A stretch of 64,000 nucleotides of DNA from Histomonas meleagridis 2922-C6/04-290x (lineage: Eukaryota; Protista; Parabasalia): positions 434,001 to 498,000 of the forward strand of contig JAANOX010000243.1 of assembly GCA_020184695.1 (NCBI GenBank), written 5' to 3'. Position numbers and translations under genes: made by a program. Below are positions 1-10,930 of the stretch, piece by piece (positions within the stretch are counted from its first letter, which is position 1; every line of letters starts with the position of its first letter). The notes under the pieces were generated by a model. The model saw nothing but the letters and a program-made list of their open reading frames with translations, did no database searches and had not been told where the DNA came from.

Positions 1-394
1 GACTTTTACCTAGACAAAAATGGAAAAAAAATTAATTTGATTGTTTTCCTTTTGCCAATTGTAAACCAACACATTGTCAGCGTGCGTATTGTCATTTGTG
101 CTGATATCATTTCCCACCGCTTGTATTTTTCAGGAAGTATGCTTTGTTTACCAGACAAATTTCTTGATATAAACTGGGGTGCCCTATTTGTTGGGTTCAA
201 TTAAACTGCTGTAAACGCAGAATTTTTCCTTAAAAAGTTTTGACACTTCCATTGAAAGGAAATCATTGATATCAATCAAAAAGTCAAATTACTTTTCTAT
301 AAATTTCAATCAAAAAAAACATGACTATTGAAAAGGAATAAACGATACGAATAGACAGTTCAAATTTCCGCGGCAGCCAATGCCATTTTACGTC

Positions 395-408
395 GACCGT
401 TTATCATC
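395..408 (+). promoter_or_regulatory. Candidate M3 element (GACCGTTT) followed by Inr-like TCATC
   Basis: Matches the trichomonad M3 consensus just upstream of the ATG at 421; short motif, could be chance. Confidence 0.3.
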
Positions 409-420
409 CCAAAGAGCACC

Positions 421-3400
421 ATGGCAGACCAAGGGGATTTTACCGATGATTGTCAACCAAAAAGCGAACCATCCCTTGAGGAAATTGAAGCATCACTAAG
501 TACTCCAGATAAAAAGGCCGAACATCACTTGTTTCGAACATTTTTATTATTAAATCCAAAGGGTAGCTCGAAAGATTGGGAAGAATTTAAATCGGTAGAT
601 CTTGTTCAACACCTTTCAAGGTCAATCAAAACACTTCCAATATTCAAGATATTACTATTATTTAGAAGGCATCCTTCAATTATGCCCTTTTTTCTAAAGT
701 CATTTGATTCTATTAAAGAATTAAGGTCTACTCCAAAGTCATATTTACCATTTTTTGAACAGATGATTGTGAAATTACCAATTCAATGGATTGTTCGCCA
801 TATGCTCAAAATAGAAGATGTTCGTTATGCCTATCACTTTCTTAATGTAGCATTTAGTGATTATATTACAGGTGATCCAAACATTCTTGATACTCGTAAA
901 CATAATGATGAAATCTATGAAGAATACAGAAAAATAGTACCACAAACAGCTCCAATGAGCTTTGATGAAGCATGGGTTAAGCTTCTTTCGCTTCGTAGTT
1001 CCATGCGTGAATTAATGGATATTAAATTAAAAGTCAGTTTTGCTTCTTATGAACGTCTAGCAAAGCCTGAATTTGTCAAGAGGCTTCTTAATGGGTCATC
1101 GTGTGACTCTGTTGAACGATATACCAATACTTTAAAAACACAAATTATTCCCTTTTGTACCATCAATAACATTTTAATTCAACCCATCATCACTTCCACT
1201 CTTGCGCAAAAGGAATGGCCTGTTGAACAAAAACTTGAGATCATTCTTAAATATATTGATCAAACTGATGAAAAGAAAAATGCCCTTCGGAACATCACAT
1301 TTACCTCTGAGAGTGAAATTCAGACCATCATCGAATTTGCTAAGCGCATTAATGTTGATTTTGTTCCTGATCCAAGTCGATATATTGATACATCTAAACA
1401 AAAACCCAAACGTCAACAACAGCAACGGGTTGGTCGTTCTCCATCCATTGGCTTTGCAAATGTCGGCAAGCCAACAGAGCGTTCTCCGTTATATTTGGAT
1501 TTGTATCGTTTATCTCCAAAATCCACAACATCAAACGTTGGCCACAAGTTAATCATATACACATCATTATCACAACTTGGGAATGGTGATCCACCATTTC
1601 CTGATGAATATGCTAAGAAGCTTGAGCATTACACAGTGTTTAGTGACATTTCATCCATTTATACACTATCCAAAAAGTTCGGAGTGATTGTCACTTATGA
1701 ATCATTTCAACTTTTTGAGGACAAAAAGAAGTTATTCATAGAATTATTGGAATTGAAAGGTGCTTCTTATTTTATAGAACTTATACAAATATTTAAGTTT
1801 AATGAGAATGAGATATTTGATATAATATTCGAAATTAAGAAATGTTGTGTGAAAATAATTCCATATGTAATCCAATATGTAACAAGATCAAATTTTGATA
1901 ATTTTTTAAGATTTGTCAAACAAATTATATTTAATATAGAAACGGAAAATATAAATGAAATTTGTATATTAATTTATAATGCTTTAATCAACACAATTGA
2001 TGTAGCAAATAGTGTCGAATTGTTAAATATTATATTTCTAATTCATATTTTAAAAGGAATTTATACATCAGATAAATTGAATGATTTACAAAAAAGTCAA
2101 ATTATTTCAAATCTTAAAAATAATGAAAACTCAAAAATTATTGAATTATTGAAAGATGTTAATGATATAGGATTTTTAAATATTGCTTTTCCAGGTGAAA
2201 TTAATACACCTGATCTTCAATCTAAAGAAGATTTTATCAAAAAAATGTCTTCAACCTTTTCTGAAGATTTCATTGAAACCGTATCGCTCATTCAATTTTA
2301 TGATAAGGAGACCGTTATTGATTATTTGATGGAATCTAAACGGTCTACGTCGGGTATACTTTATACTCGACTTTATTTTATTGATTTAGAGTTATCAAGA
2401 CTAGGAATAGATGAAACTGTTGAAACACAAATCTTAAAACATTTATATGCATCATATAATCATTCAATTGATTTTCATTTCTTATTAGAAAATCCAAAAG
2501 AAGTTTTAAATGATTCATTATCACTTGAAAACATTAATGAATTGTTACAAGTTGCATCACTTTTATCTGTCCCAAGTGATGAACTTTATTTAAACTTAAT
2601 GATCAATAAAATGAATTCGCCGAATTTCGAAGAATATAAACCATTTATTGAACAATTAAATAACAAAGAAGAATCATATTCGAAATTAATTGAAGCATTT
2701 CCAAACAAATTAACACATTCTTCGGAACTACAATTTTATAAATTCATAAATCGAATCGATTTAATGAAAACAAGAGAAACAATTTTCGATTTAACTTCTT
2801 TCGGACTTAAGACATTTTTAGATAACAAATTTACTTCAAATCCGAAATATTTAATTACAGAAATATATACCAAAACTCAATTATATGAAAAATTAGGTGC
2901 TAAAATCCATGAACTTACGAAGAAAATTGCAAATCGTTATGAAATTGATTTCGATGAACTGAAATTTGAACTCGTTCAGAATTGGCTGAACGATAACAAT
3001 TCAAAAAGTGTACAAGAAACAGAATCAATTTTCACAGAAATTCAATCCGAGGTAACCGCCAAAGACGATCAGGTCTGTATTCAAAAATGCATTTTTGTTT
3101 TAAGATCTTTACCAACTCAATCCACAGCAGAATGTCTTTTAAAGATTGTAGAAGATGAAAATATTTCATTTAGAACTAGACATAAAGCTATATTATGTCT
3201 TTTATCATTTACAGATGTTTCATTCATCAGACAAATTTTTTCGGATAAATTTGATTTTATTATTCAATTAAACTCAGCATTATATTATGCTAGTAAACTT
3301 GAAGTTTATGGAATCAAATCCGAAATTTCAGATTTTGATCCGATGAATGTAAATGAAACAATACAAAAACTTATAAACACAGAAAATTTATCATCAGGTG

Positions 3401-4113
3401 CATATCCTGTTTTATTTGAATTATGCATTAACTATAAGATTAATGATAAACAATTATTAATCCAAATCACAGACAACTTAATCAAATATAAGAAAAAGTT
3501 CATACTACAAAACATCGACCGTTTCTTTGGCACTTTTCCCGATTTTGCCGACGATCAGATTTTCAAAGATTTATTCATTAACGTTCTCTCGTTGCCCGTT
3601 AATGAGATGTTAACTAATCCTCGAAGGTCCAAACCTTTTAGGACTCAACATAACATAGTCATATCGATATTTTTCAACTTAATTTCTTCTGAAAGCACAT
3701 GTCAACTCGACGGCTTACGGATTAATGATCAATATTTGAAATGGGATGAAATTGTTGATAAGTTGTGTAAATCCGGATTTGCGCAATTTGCAGCGGAAAT
3801 GGGTGCATATATCATTGATATTAAGCAGCGCAGTAAAGTTTTGATGACTTTACTAAAGGCAGGACATTTCGATGAGGCATTGCAGTTCGGTTTCGATAAA
3901 GACTCCGTCTTTAGTTACATTGTGAAGGAGGCAATAGAACAAGCAACAGAAACAATGATCGACGAGCATTTTGTGCAACTGACGGCGTGGCTGAAGCAAC
4001 ACGATCTGACAGAGACAATAGAAATAGTAAAGGAAACATTAGCGAAGCAAGGAAGGACAATGGAAGTGAAGCGAATGACTGACCGACTAACCAAAATTCA
4101 AGTGTTTGAATAA
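421..4113 (+). CDS. KNTC1: Rod/KNTC1-like kinetochore (RZZ) protein, 1230 aa, apparently without the N-terminal beta-propeller
   Basis: C-terminal segments RTRHKAILCLLSFTD..I..IF, ELCINYKINDKQL, FINVLSLP and IANRYEIDFDELKFELVQNWL resemble the Rod C-terminal domain as I recall it; helical solenoid composition. Confidence 0.6.
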   Translation: MADQGDFTDDCQPKSEPSLEEIEASLSTPDKKAEHHLFRTFLLLNPKGSSKDWEEFKSVDLVQHLSRSIKTLPIFKILLLFRRHPSIMPFFLKSFDSIKELRSTPKSYLPFFEQMIVKLPIQWIVRHMLKIEDVRYAYHFLNVAFSDYITGDPNILDTRKHNDEIYEEYRKIVPQTAPMSFDEAWVKLLSLRSSMRELMDIKLKVSFASYERLAKPEFVKRLLNGSSCDSVERYTNTLKTQIIPFCTINNILIQPIITSTLAQKEWPVEQKLEIILKYIDQTDEKKNALRNITFTSESEIQTIIEFAKRINVDFVPDPSRYIDTSKQKPKRQQQQRVGRSPSIGFANVGKPTERSPLYLDLYRLSPKSTTSNVGHKLIIYTSLSQLGNGDPPFPDEYAKKLEHYTVFSDISSIYTLSKKFGVIVTYESFQLFEDKKKLFIELLELKGASYFIELIQIFKFNENEIFDIIFEIKKCCVKIIPYVIQYVTRSNFDNFLRFVKQIIFNIETENINEICILIYNALINTIDVANSVELLNIIFLIHILKGIYTSDKLNDLQKSQIISNLKNNENSKIIELLKDVNDIGFLNIAFPGEINTPDLQSKEDFIKKMSSTFSEDFIETVSLIQFYDKETVIDYLMESKRSTSGILYTRLYFIDLELSRLGIDETVETQILKHLYASYNHSIDFHFLLENPKEVLNDSLSLENINELLQVASLLSVPSDELYLNLMINKMNSPNFEEYKPFIEQLNNKEESYSKLIEAFPNKLTHSSELQFYKFINRIDLMKTRETIFDLTSFGLKTFLDNKFTSNPKYLITEIYTKTQLYEKLGAKIHELTKKIANRYEIDFDELKFELVQNWLNDNNSKSVQETESIFTEIQSEVTAKDDQVCIQKCIFVLRSLPTQSTAECLLKIVEDENISFRTRHKAILCLLSFTDVSFIRQIFSDKFDFIIQLNSALYYASKLEVYGIKSEISDFDPMNVNETIQKLINTENLSSGAYPVLFELCINYKINDKQLLIQITDNLIKYKKKFILQNIDRFFGTFPDFADDQIFKDLFINVLSLPVNEMLTNPRRSKPFRTQHNIVISIFFNLISSESTCQLDGLRINDQYLKWDEIVDKLCKSGFAQFAAEMGAYIIDIKQRSKVLMTLLKAGHFDEALQFGFDKDSVFSYIVKEAIEQATETMIDEHFVQLTAWLKQHDLTETIEIVKETLAKQGRTMEVKRMTDRLTKIQVFE

Positions 4114-4698
4114 ACGAAAAATTATCTGTTTTGAATGGTAATTCTACGTAATCAATTGTGTAATTTTCGAAACAATAAAATTTTATGTTTAATTAATTCT
4201 GTTCAATATCCTTACGCCAAATTCTTGGTTTGTCATTTGGAAAAAGAATTTCATAATTGTCATTACTTTTATTGGGTGATTCTTGTTGTCACTATAAAAA
4301 ATTTTGTTATATACAAGTTTTACTTCTATTTTAAATATCTTTATCAATTATCATTAAATCAATTATTTTTTTAAATTATGATAGAAATTTTAATTATTAA
4401 GTGTTTTTAAGTCTTTCATTATTTTCAAGATAATCTATTTTTCGAGGTACGTGAAATCGCATTCAATTTTTGACCGTTTTGAAATTTTAAAACTAATTTT
4501 ATATATATAATAGAAACAATATCATTCCATTACCAATAAAAACAGGCCAACTTAAAATGATGCAAATGCATTTGAGACTTTAGTGAATAACTTGCTGGTG
4601 GAATCGTATTCATATTAAGTCAACAAAATGTTAAATACCTTTTACTTATATGTGTACAAGCAGCTGCATAAACAAAAATTTCATTACAATAATATTAT

Positions 4699-5853
4699 TC
4701 ATTCTTTACACAATGCGTTTCTCACCGCTTTGTTAGCGAACTTGATCTCCAATGACTTTGTCACGTATATCATTTCCTCATCGAACAGCGGCCGAAGCTT
4801 CTCCGCATTCACTTCGTTCACGTCCACGTTTTCCTTTGCGCAAATTATTTTTGTGCTGTTTTCGTCAGCTCCGATTGTCGCCGCCTTTACGACGCGCGTT
4901 ATTTTGTTGATTTGGTTGGCTATCGAATCTTCGATTTGGATTCCGAATCTTCTGTCCTCAAACACTTTCGCAATTGCACCGGAATGTGCGCCGAATGCGT
5001 TTATGATTTTCTTTAATTGCGGCGCTGTGAAGATTTGGTACTCGGTAGTGTAATGGTGTTGCGTGTTCTCAAGCTCTGGCATCTCAAAATAGCCGAAAAT
5101 TGTTGGGTTGGTTAAATTGATAAGTGATAACGAATTCTTGATTTCAAGAATAACTGGTATGGTTTGCTCATAGTTGTTACGACGGGAGAGGTAGGATGAT
5201 AGTGAGTCAAGAATTCGTGGGATAAGAGGTGAATCAAGTGATTTGATGAAATCGTAATTGTGAATCATGATAATGGGCTTAAGGTTCTCGGAGATTAACT
5301 CAAGGTATTTGAAGAATTTTTGGGCTTGTTGAGTAGAAAAATGTGGAAGATCAATGGAATCAATTAACGAAGAGAAAATGGAATATATCTTGGAAATTGC
5401 TGCTCCTGAATTGGTGGCAGTACTTTTGCCTGAAGAATCAAGCTTTTCAGCTGCCCTAAGAAGTGAATTTGATGAACCATACATCTTGTAATATGTAAGA
5501 CCATTAGAAATGGCTAGCTTGAGAAGGGTGCAAAGGTCTTCAAAACTTTTAGCTTCAGAAGCATCAAATTTAATAACAAATCGTCCATTTTCAATTTTTT
5601 CTTGCGCAAGAACTTCAATTAGACGAGATTTTCCACTTTGATAGCCACCTCCAAGGAGAAGGATATAAGGTGATGGGCGTGCTTCTGTATACTGAGCAAC
5701 TGTTAAATTTACATTTCTATTCCAAATAAATGGAATTGAACCTTCAAATTGTTCTGTAATTGTTTGACCAGAATACATGTATGCTATGTAACCAGCAACA
5801 AGGAGAACTGCTGCTCCGATTAGTAAAATTAATTTGTTGCGAAGGGATGACAT
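4699..5853 (-). CDS. Membrane-anchored P-loop NTPase-fold protein
   Basis: N-terminal hydrophobic anchor (LILLIGAAVLLVAGYIAYM), Walker A-like GGYQSGKS, degenerate Walker B region (IIMIHNYD). Confidence 0.55.
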   Translation of the reverse strand: MSSLRNKLILLIGAAVLLVAGYIAYMYSGQTITEQFEGSIPFIWNRNVNLTVAQYTEARPSPYILLLGGGYQSGKSRLIEVLAQEKIENGRFVIKFDASEAKSFEDLCTLLKLAISNGLTYYKMYGSSNSLLRAAEKLDSSGKSTATNSGAAISKIYSIFSSLIDSIDLPHFSTQQAQKFFKYLELISENLKPIIMIHNYDFIKSLDSPLIPRILDSLSSYLSRRNNYEQTIPVILEIKNSLSLINLTNPTIFGYFEMPELENTQHHYTTEYQIFTAPQLKKIINAFGAHSGAIAKVFEDRRFGIQIEDSIANQINKITRVVKAATIGADENSTKIICAKENVDVNEVNAEKLRPLFDEEMIYVTKSLEIKFANKAVRNALCKE

Positions 5854-6017
5854 TGCTATCGTCCAGTTAAATATTTAGCATGCTTTGTCAATTATTTGCG
5901 CAAAGAATTAATGACGATACTATCAAAAGTAGAAAAGTGACATCATTAAACCGTTTATTGGACAATAGAACCAATTCGCTTTTTGGTAAAAACAAACAAT
6001 AAAAGACCTGTTTTCCA

Positions 6018-6692
6018 CTAAGCAGGGTTGACAGGTGTCTGAATTGAAGGTGGAGTTTGTACAGTTTCGTGAATTCTGTTCATTTTATTTCTGAATTTCA
6101 ATGGAACACTAGGTTTTTTAATTTCTGTATTAACCTTGGTATTAACATTTACAGGAGGCTGTGCAGGCGCTACTTTTTGTGGTTTAGGAGCTAATTGGAT
6201 TTTCTCCAATTTAGCTTTTGGCGTTCTTTGAGATGAAACAACGCCTTTCTGTCTAATAGTCCATTGCCTAAGTTCATTAAAATGATCTTTTAAAAGAGGG
6301 ATATATGGAAAAAGTATTTTCCAAGATTCTGCATGTGACATGTTTGTAGAATAGCCCATTTTTTGGAGTGAACCATTAATTGAAGATTTACACTTTGTTA
6401 ACAATATTCTAAGTTGTCTAGTATTTATAGCAATTGAATCGTCCATCCAACAAATTCCACAAACCAAACATCTTTTCCAATCATCCTCATTATTTTTCAC
6501 CACGAAAGCTTTTGTCATTTCTAGGATTCCTTCGAACGATTCTAACTTACTGTTTCGACTTTTTTTAATACTTTCTACTGATAATTCTCTTTTAAGTTTT
6601 ATATAATTTGCTTGATCTTCTTCACTTAAGAGTTCCCAGTATTGCGGTAAAGAATCATTTGTTGAAGGCTTGGAATTTTCTTTTTTCTTCAT
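6018..6692 (-). CDS. Initiator-binding domain (IBD, IBP39 family) protein
   Basis: YWELLSEEDQ..Y, DDWKRCLVCGICW, AINTRQLRILLTKCKSSINGSLQKMGY are IBD hallmark motifs. Confidence 0.92.
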   Translation of the reverse strand: MKKKENSKPSTNDSLPQYWELLSEEDQANYIKLKRELSVESIKKSRNSKLESFEGILEMTKAFVVKNNEDDWKRCLVCGICWMDDSIAINTRQLRILLTKCKSSINGSLQKMGYSTNMSHAESWKILFPYIPLLKDHFNELRQWTIRQKGVVSSQRTPKAKLEKIQLAPKPQKVAPAQPPVNVNTKVNTEIKKPSVPLKFRNKMNRIHETVQTPPSIQTPVNPA

Positions 6693-6764
6693 AAAAATGG
6701 CCGAACAGTAATTGTCTCAAAAACACACAAAAATAAAAAAAGTGGCAAACTAAGAGTTTACGTT

Positions 6765-7778
6765 ATGGAGTTTACTTTTACAGATGATTTTCTAGAAGAA
6801 AAATTAATGCTTTTCGAATTGCCTTCTGAAGGCTTCCTTCAGGATGTCCTTTCGGGCAATACAAAATTGGAATTCGTTTCATGTAATGACCAACCAATAG
6901 TTTTATGTTCCCAAAACCAAACATTCGAATTGTTTGAATTCGATACTAGTAATACACTTCTTATTCATGATGGCCCTACAATAATATCAAGAGCATTTTC
7001 AACTTTTGAATTAAGAGAAAAGAAACCTCCTTTTTTAACTTTTAGACAACTTTTACATTCAAATCCAATTACACAATCTGAGGTAAAATCAGGTATAATG
7101 GAAAATCCATTCGTGTATGATGATCTTAGAAATAATATTCTTTGTTCAGCAGTAGAATTTGATGAAATATTAACTCGCCTTTGCGCCATAAACATTGAAA
7201 GTTATGTAAAAACGCCACCACAAGATCTTCAAGATTTAATAGTTGAACAGATCTTTCGATATTCACAAACCTTAAGCGACTGGAAACGAATCAACATCAA
7301 TAGTATGATGAATTCTCTTAATTTTCCATTGGCGGAATATCCGATTATGAAATCAATAATTTATTCTATCCTTAAGGCATACTCAATTACGATTAACTCC
7401 GACGAAGCAACACTCAACGAAAACATGATTATGAGGTTCATTGCACGTGGAATCCTTTCTCACGCAAGAAACGGTTTTATCACATTTGAAGATTTCAAGA
7501 ACGAAATGAACGGACAGATGCCGCCTGACATGCGACTTAACATTGATAACTTATATGGCCTTTTTGCGCCAATTAAAAATGGTTTGCAATATATAAATGA
7601 AGAATCGCTTCCTTTCGAAATCGAACAGAGATTCGAATTTCTGTTCAAGATAAAGAAGGAATGGAACCAAAACGAAATAGAGCCGTTCTTCGTGGATTTC
7701 GTAACAAGTAAGCTTTCGTTCCAGGATTTCGCTTCGAGGCATGTCAGACTGGCTGAAGGGAAGTGGATGAAAAGGTGA
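6765..7778 (+). CDS. DCC1: Sister chromatid cohesion protein Dcc1
   Basis: LFELP, IVLCSQNQTFEL...TSNTLL N-terminal motif; C-terminal winged-helix-like RFEFLFKIKKEW..NEIEPF. Confidence 0.85.
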   Translation: MEFTFTDDFLEEKLMLFELPSEGFLQDVLSGNTKLEFVSCNDQPIVLCSQNQTFELFEFDTSNTLLIHDGPTIISRAFSTFELREKKPPFLTFRQLLHSNPITQSEVKSGIMENPFVYDDLRNNILCSAVEFDEILTRLCAINIESYVKTPPQDLQDLIVEQIFRYSQTLSDWKRININSMMNSLNFPLAEYPIMKSIIYSILKAYSITINSDEATLNENMIMRFIARGILSHARNGFITFEDFKNEMNGQMPPDMRLNIDNLYGLFAPIKNGLQYINEESLPFEIEQRFEFLFKIKKEWNQNEIEPFFVDFVTSKLSFQDFASRHVRLAEGKWMKR

Positions 7779-8350
7779 AACAAAGTGGCATATTTTATGT
7801 TATCAAAAAGTAGAATTTAAATTAATAAGTTTACTTGCTATCGTAATATTATGTAAATTTTTATATTTTTTTATGTTTCAATATATACATTGTTGGTGCA
7901 ATTATGCTTACAAATTTGAGTTATCTTTTTAGTATAATTGCCTTACTTATGCTCAATAATTCTTTTCGCGATTTTTGTATTTTTAGGGCAATGCATATTG
8001 AGCTACAGTTCTAGTTGTAAAACAAGAAATAAGAAGTGATTTAACTATTTCTGTATAACCTCTTTCATGCTTATCTTATTTAATCTCTCTAATGAAATAA
8101 TTAATTATTAAATCTTGAATTCTTTTTTATGTAGCAAATCAATAAATCATCATTGAACACAGTGTCCATATTTTATAATGTTCGACTTTGTAGGATCCAT
8201 TAAAATATATGATTTTCATTAAAAATATAAATTATAATTATTCTTTTCTTTATCAGCAAAGAATTGCTTGGTGTTGTATTAGTTAATAATTAATATTTGT
8301 CTCTTAATATGTAAAAGTGACAGAGGAGAAAAAACTTGGTAAAGTTTGCG

Positions 8351-10516
8351 ATGAATGAAATGCATCCTACAACAAATCTTTTTAAGGAGCTTTTAAATCT
8401 TCAAATCCTACTTAAAAGGGAACATTTTTTTTATGAAACACAAGCAAAGGATTATCAAAAATCCAAAGAAGATCTTCATAAAATAAATGAGTCTGTTATT
8501 TGTACTCAAAAGTTTATTTTTACTTTACATGCTCATGTAATTAACAGTACATTAAAAATGACACCACAAAATTACGTTTTTATTAATTCCAATATAGGTG
8601 AAGGAAAACTATTACCACATAAAATGAAAGACGAAGTTAGCAAATATACTGAGGTAATTTCTTTTTTCATTAAGAAAAATGATATTTTGGCGGAATCAGT
8701 TCTTCAAGCCATCAAAGCAAACCCACAAATAATCGATCAACTTGCATATTCTACTATTCCAGGATTGTTTGGTAATTTTTTAAGCTCTGAATCTTGTGAC
8801 AAGTTTGCAAATTTCATGGAAGAAATTATTTCCAAAGAAAAGATCGAAAAAAAATCAGAACAGGATTTACTATCATACCATTTTGCTTCAGTTTTATTTG
8901 TGATTCCTCAGTTCCGTCAATTTCTTGATGAAATAAATAATGATCTTTCTGATTTTATTAATTGGGAATCAGATATTGACCAAATCACTGCTGATGAATA
9001 TGCCGTCAAATTTTTTAATAGCTGGAAAGATAATGCTGAATTTTGTCCAAGCATAATATGCAAAATTCTTTCCATGTATCAATCTCCTGTCAAATGCCTT
9101 TTTTATTCATTTCTCTTACCTGCATTCAAGTCACCTAGAGCCTTTGGAATTGTGCCACACTTGTCTAAGCCCAGCAACAAAACAATTAACTCTATCGTTG
9201 GTTCCATTTACAATTATTCAAAGAAACTTTGGGGCGCCCTGAAAAGTGTCGAAAATCCAGCAGAAATTTTTTCATCCAAAAGACTTGATGAACTTAATCC
9301 TGATTTATCTCAGGTAGTTCTTTTAACTCCAGAAGACATAGATATGATTACTCTTCTTTCTAGATATGCTGAAGGTTTGGAAGAAATAAGTTTTGAAAAT
9401 CAATTTAAAAAATCAAATTATTTTTATCCATATAAATTCATACTTCAAAAGAAGCAAACTAAGCCTCAAGGAGAAGGACTTCTTCTTGATGATCATCTTG
9501 AGAAATGTCTTCGTAAAATTCTTATTAACCTTGATATTCTTGTAACATCAGACCAACCACCTGAAGAGATGCCAAATGTTATTGAATTTCTTCGATCTCA
9601 AGTTCTTTTTGCAAATAATTCTCATCGTCTAATACTTGAATCCAATATAAACGAGTTCGAGGCACAATTTGGACAACGTTTTCCTAACCAGCGCTTTTCT
9701 GACTGTATTAAACTTCTTAAATCCAAGTTTGAAGCTCGACGCTCCAACCATATTTCGTTACTTTCAGAGTTTTCAGTCTATGACGAAGAAACACAGAACA
9801 TAAATCATATCAACAATATTCTTAATGACAAAATCAAGGATTATAGGAATTATATCGATCAATTATTAGTTGAAAAATATTTAGCTGATCATTCACCAAT
9901 CGCATACATTGACAAATTCTATACAGACAGAGCCGAATTTATCAATTTTTATAATGAACTTTCCTTAGATTTTGATAATTGGCGTAAATCAAATGGATAT
10001 GTTTCCAGTACCCGCATAATTCCTGACCATTTGCATAATAACATTATGAAAAACCTAACGTATGAACGATTTCTCGAATTAAATCCTCAGTATAAAGAAT
10101 TAGATGAACGTTTCTATAATGTGATAACTAATAACTATAATACTATATTGCGTAATCAATCATATGAATACACTGACCCATTTATAAAGAATCCATTGTT
10201 ACTTGAGCCAATGTTAAAAGATTTACGCAAAATGCTGGATCCGTCGACCAAACTACCATTGCAAAAAGTTTACTATTACAAGCAATCTTTTGAAGATGGT
10301 TTTGCTGCTTATGAGGTTGAAAGTCCTGATTATCCCGGCGCTGACCAAATGCAGCCGCTCGAAATCATTTTGATCGCAAACTTAAAACCGATAAATTTTG
10401 AGTCAAACCACCATTACGTGATGCACTTCACAGACGAAGATAAATTTCAACAATATTCTGGTACATTAACTAGACTTAGTTCTATAGAGGACTATTTCAC
10501 AAAAAATTATAAGTAA
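8351..10516 (+). CDS. VPS9-domain Rab5 GEF with N-terminal RasGAP-like region (GAPVD1-like)
   Basis: C-terminal PGADQMQPLEIILIANLKP..FESN.HYV.HF VPS9 motif; LAYSTIPGLFGNF in N-terminal part; track starts at TTG 8336, first ATG is 8351. Confidence 0.7.
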   Translation: MNEMHPTTNLFKELLNLQILLKREHFFYETQAKDYQKSKEDLHKINESVICTQKFIFTLHAHVINSTLKMTPQNYVFINSNIGEGKLLPHKMKDEVSKYTEVISFFIKKNDILAESVLQAIKANPQIIDQLAYSTIPGLFGNFLSSESCDKFANFMEEIISKEKIEKKSEQDLLSYHFASVLFVIPQFRQFLDEINNDLSDFINWESDIDQITADEYAVKFFNSWKDNAEFCPSIICKILSMYQSPVKCLFYSFLLPAFKSPRAFGIVPHLSKPSNKTINSIVGSIYNYSKKLWGALKSVENPAEIFSSKRLDELNPDLSQVVLLTPEDIDMITLLSRYAEGLEEISFENQFKKSNYFYPYKFILQKKQTKPQGEGLLLDDHLEKCLRKILINLDILVTSDQPPEEMPNVIEFLRSQVLFANNSHRLILESNINEFEAQFGQRFPNQRFSDCIKLLKSKFEARRSNHISLLSEFSVYDEETQNINHINNILNDKIKDYRNYIDQLLVEKYLADHSPIAYIDKFYTDRAEFINFYNELSLDFDNWRKSNGYVSSTRIIPDHLHNNIMKNLTYERFLELNPQYKELDERFYNVITNNYNTILRNQSYEYTDPFIKNPLLLEPMLKDLRKMLDPSTKLPLQKVYYYKQSFEDGFAAYEVESPDYPGADQMQPLEIILIANLKPINFESNHHYVMHFTDEDKFQQYSGTLTRLSSIEDYFTKNYK

Positions 10517-10930
10517 AATATACTTTTTTTAATTGAATTTGAGTTCAAACTCATTCCCAAAATCAACAAGATGAACGTGCTGAGAGCAAATAGAGATTTG
10601 GGATTGGGGATGTTTGAGAATAAGATTAGAATTGCCAAGCAATATGCTCAAAAAAAGGAAGAAATTCATTTTTTAGTTTCTCTCATGAACAATATCTTGA
10701 ATAATGTTGACACTTTTTGTTCTTGTTAGAGCTGCGAGATTTATTGAACAAAAATAACTAAATTGCAATCATTTTAAACATTTGGTGGGATATATATTTT
10801 TAAAAATAATTTTGGGTGACACACTTTTCCTCTGTTGACAGTTTTAAAGTTTTAAATAATATTATTAAGTCAAACTATTACTGATTTATCAAAAAATTCA
10901 ATTTCTGAACAAACAAAAATTTTTTATTGA

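Noticed and set aside
6-200. Short minus-strand ORF at the window edge
   Set aside because: No recognisable motif or coding bias; cannot be supported
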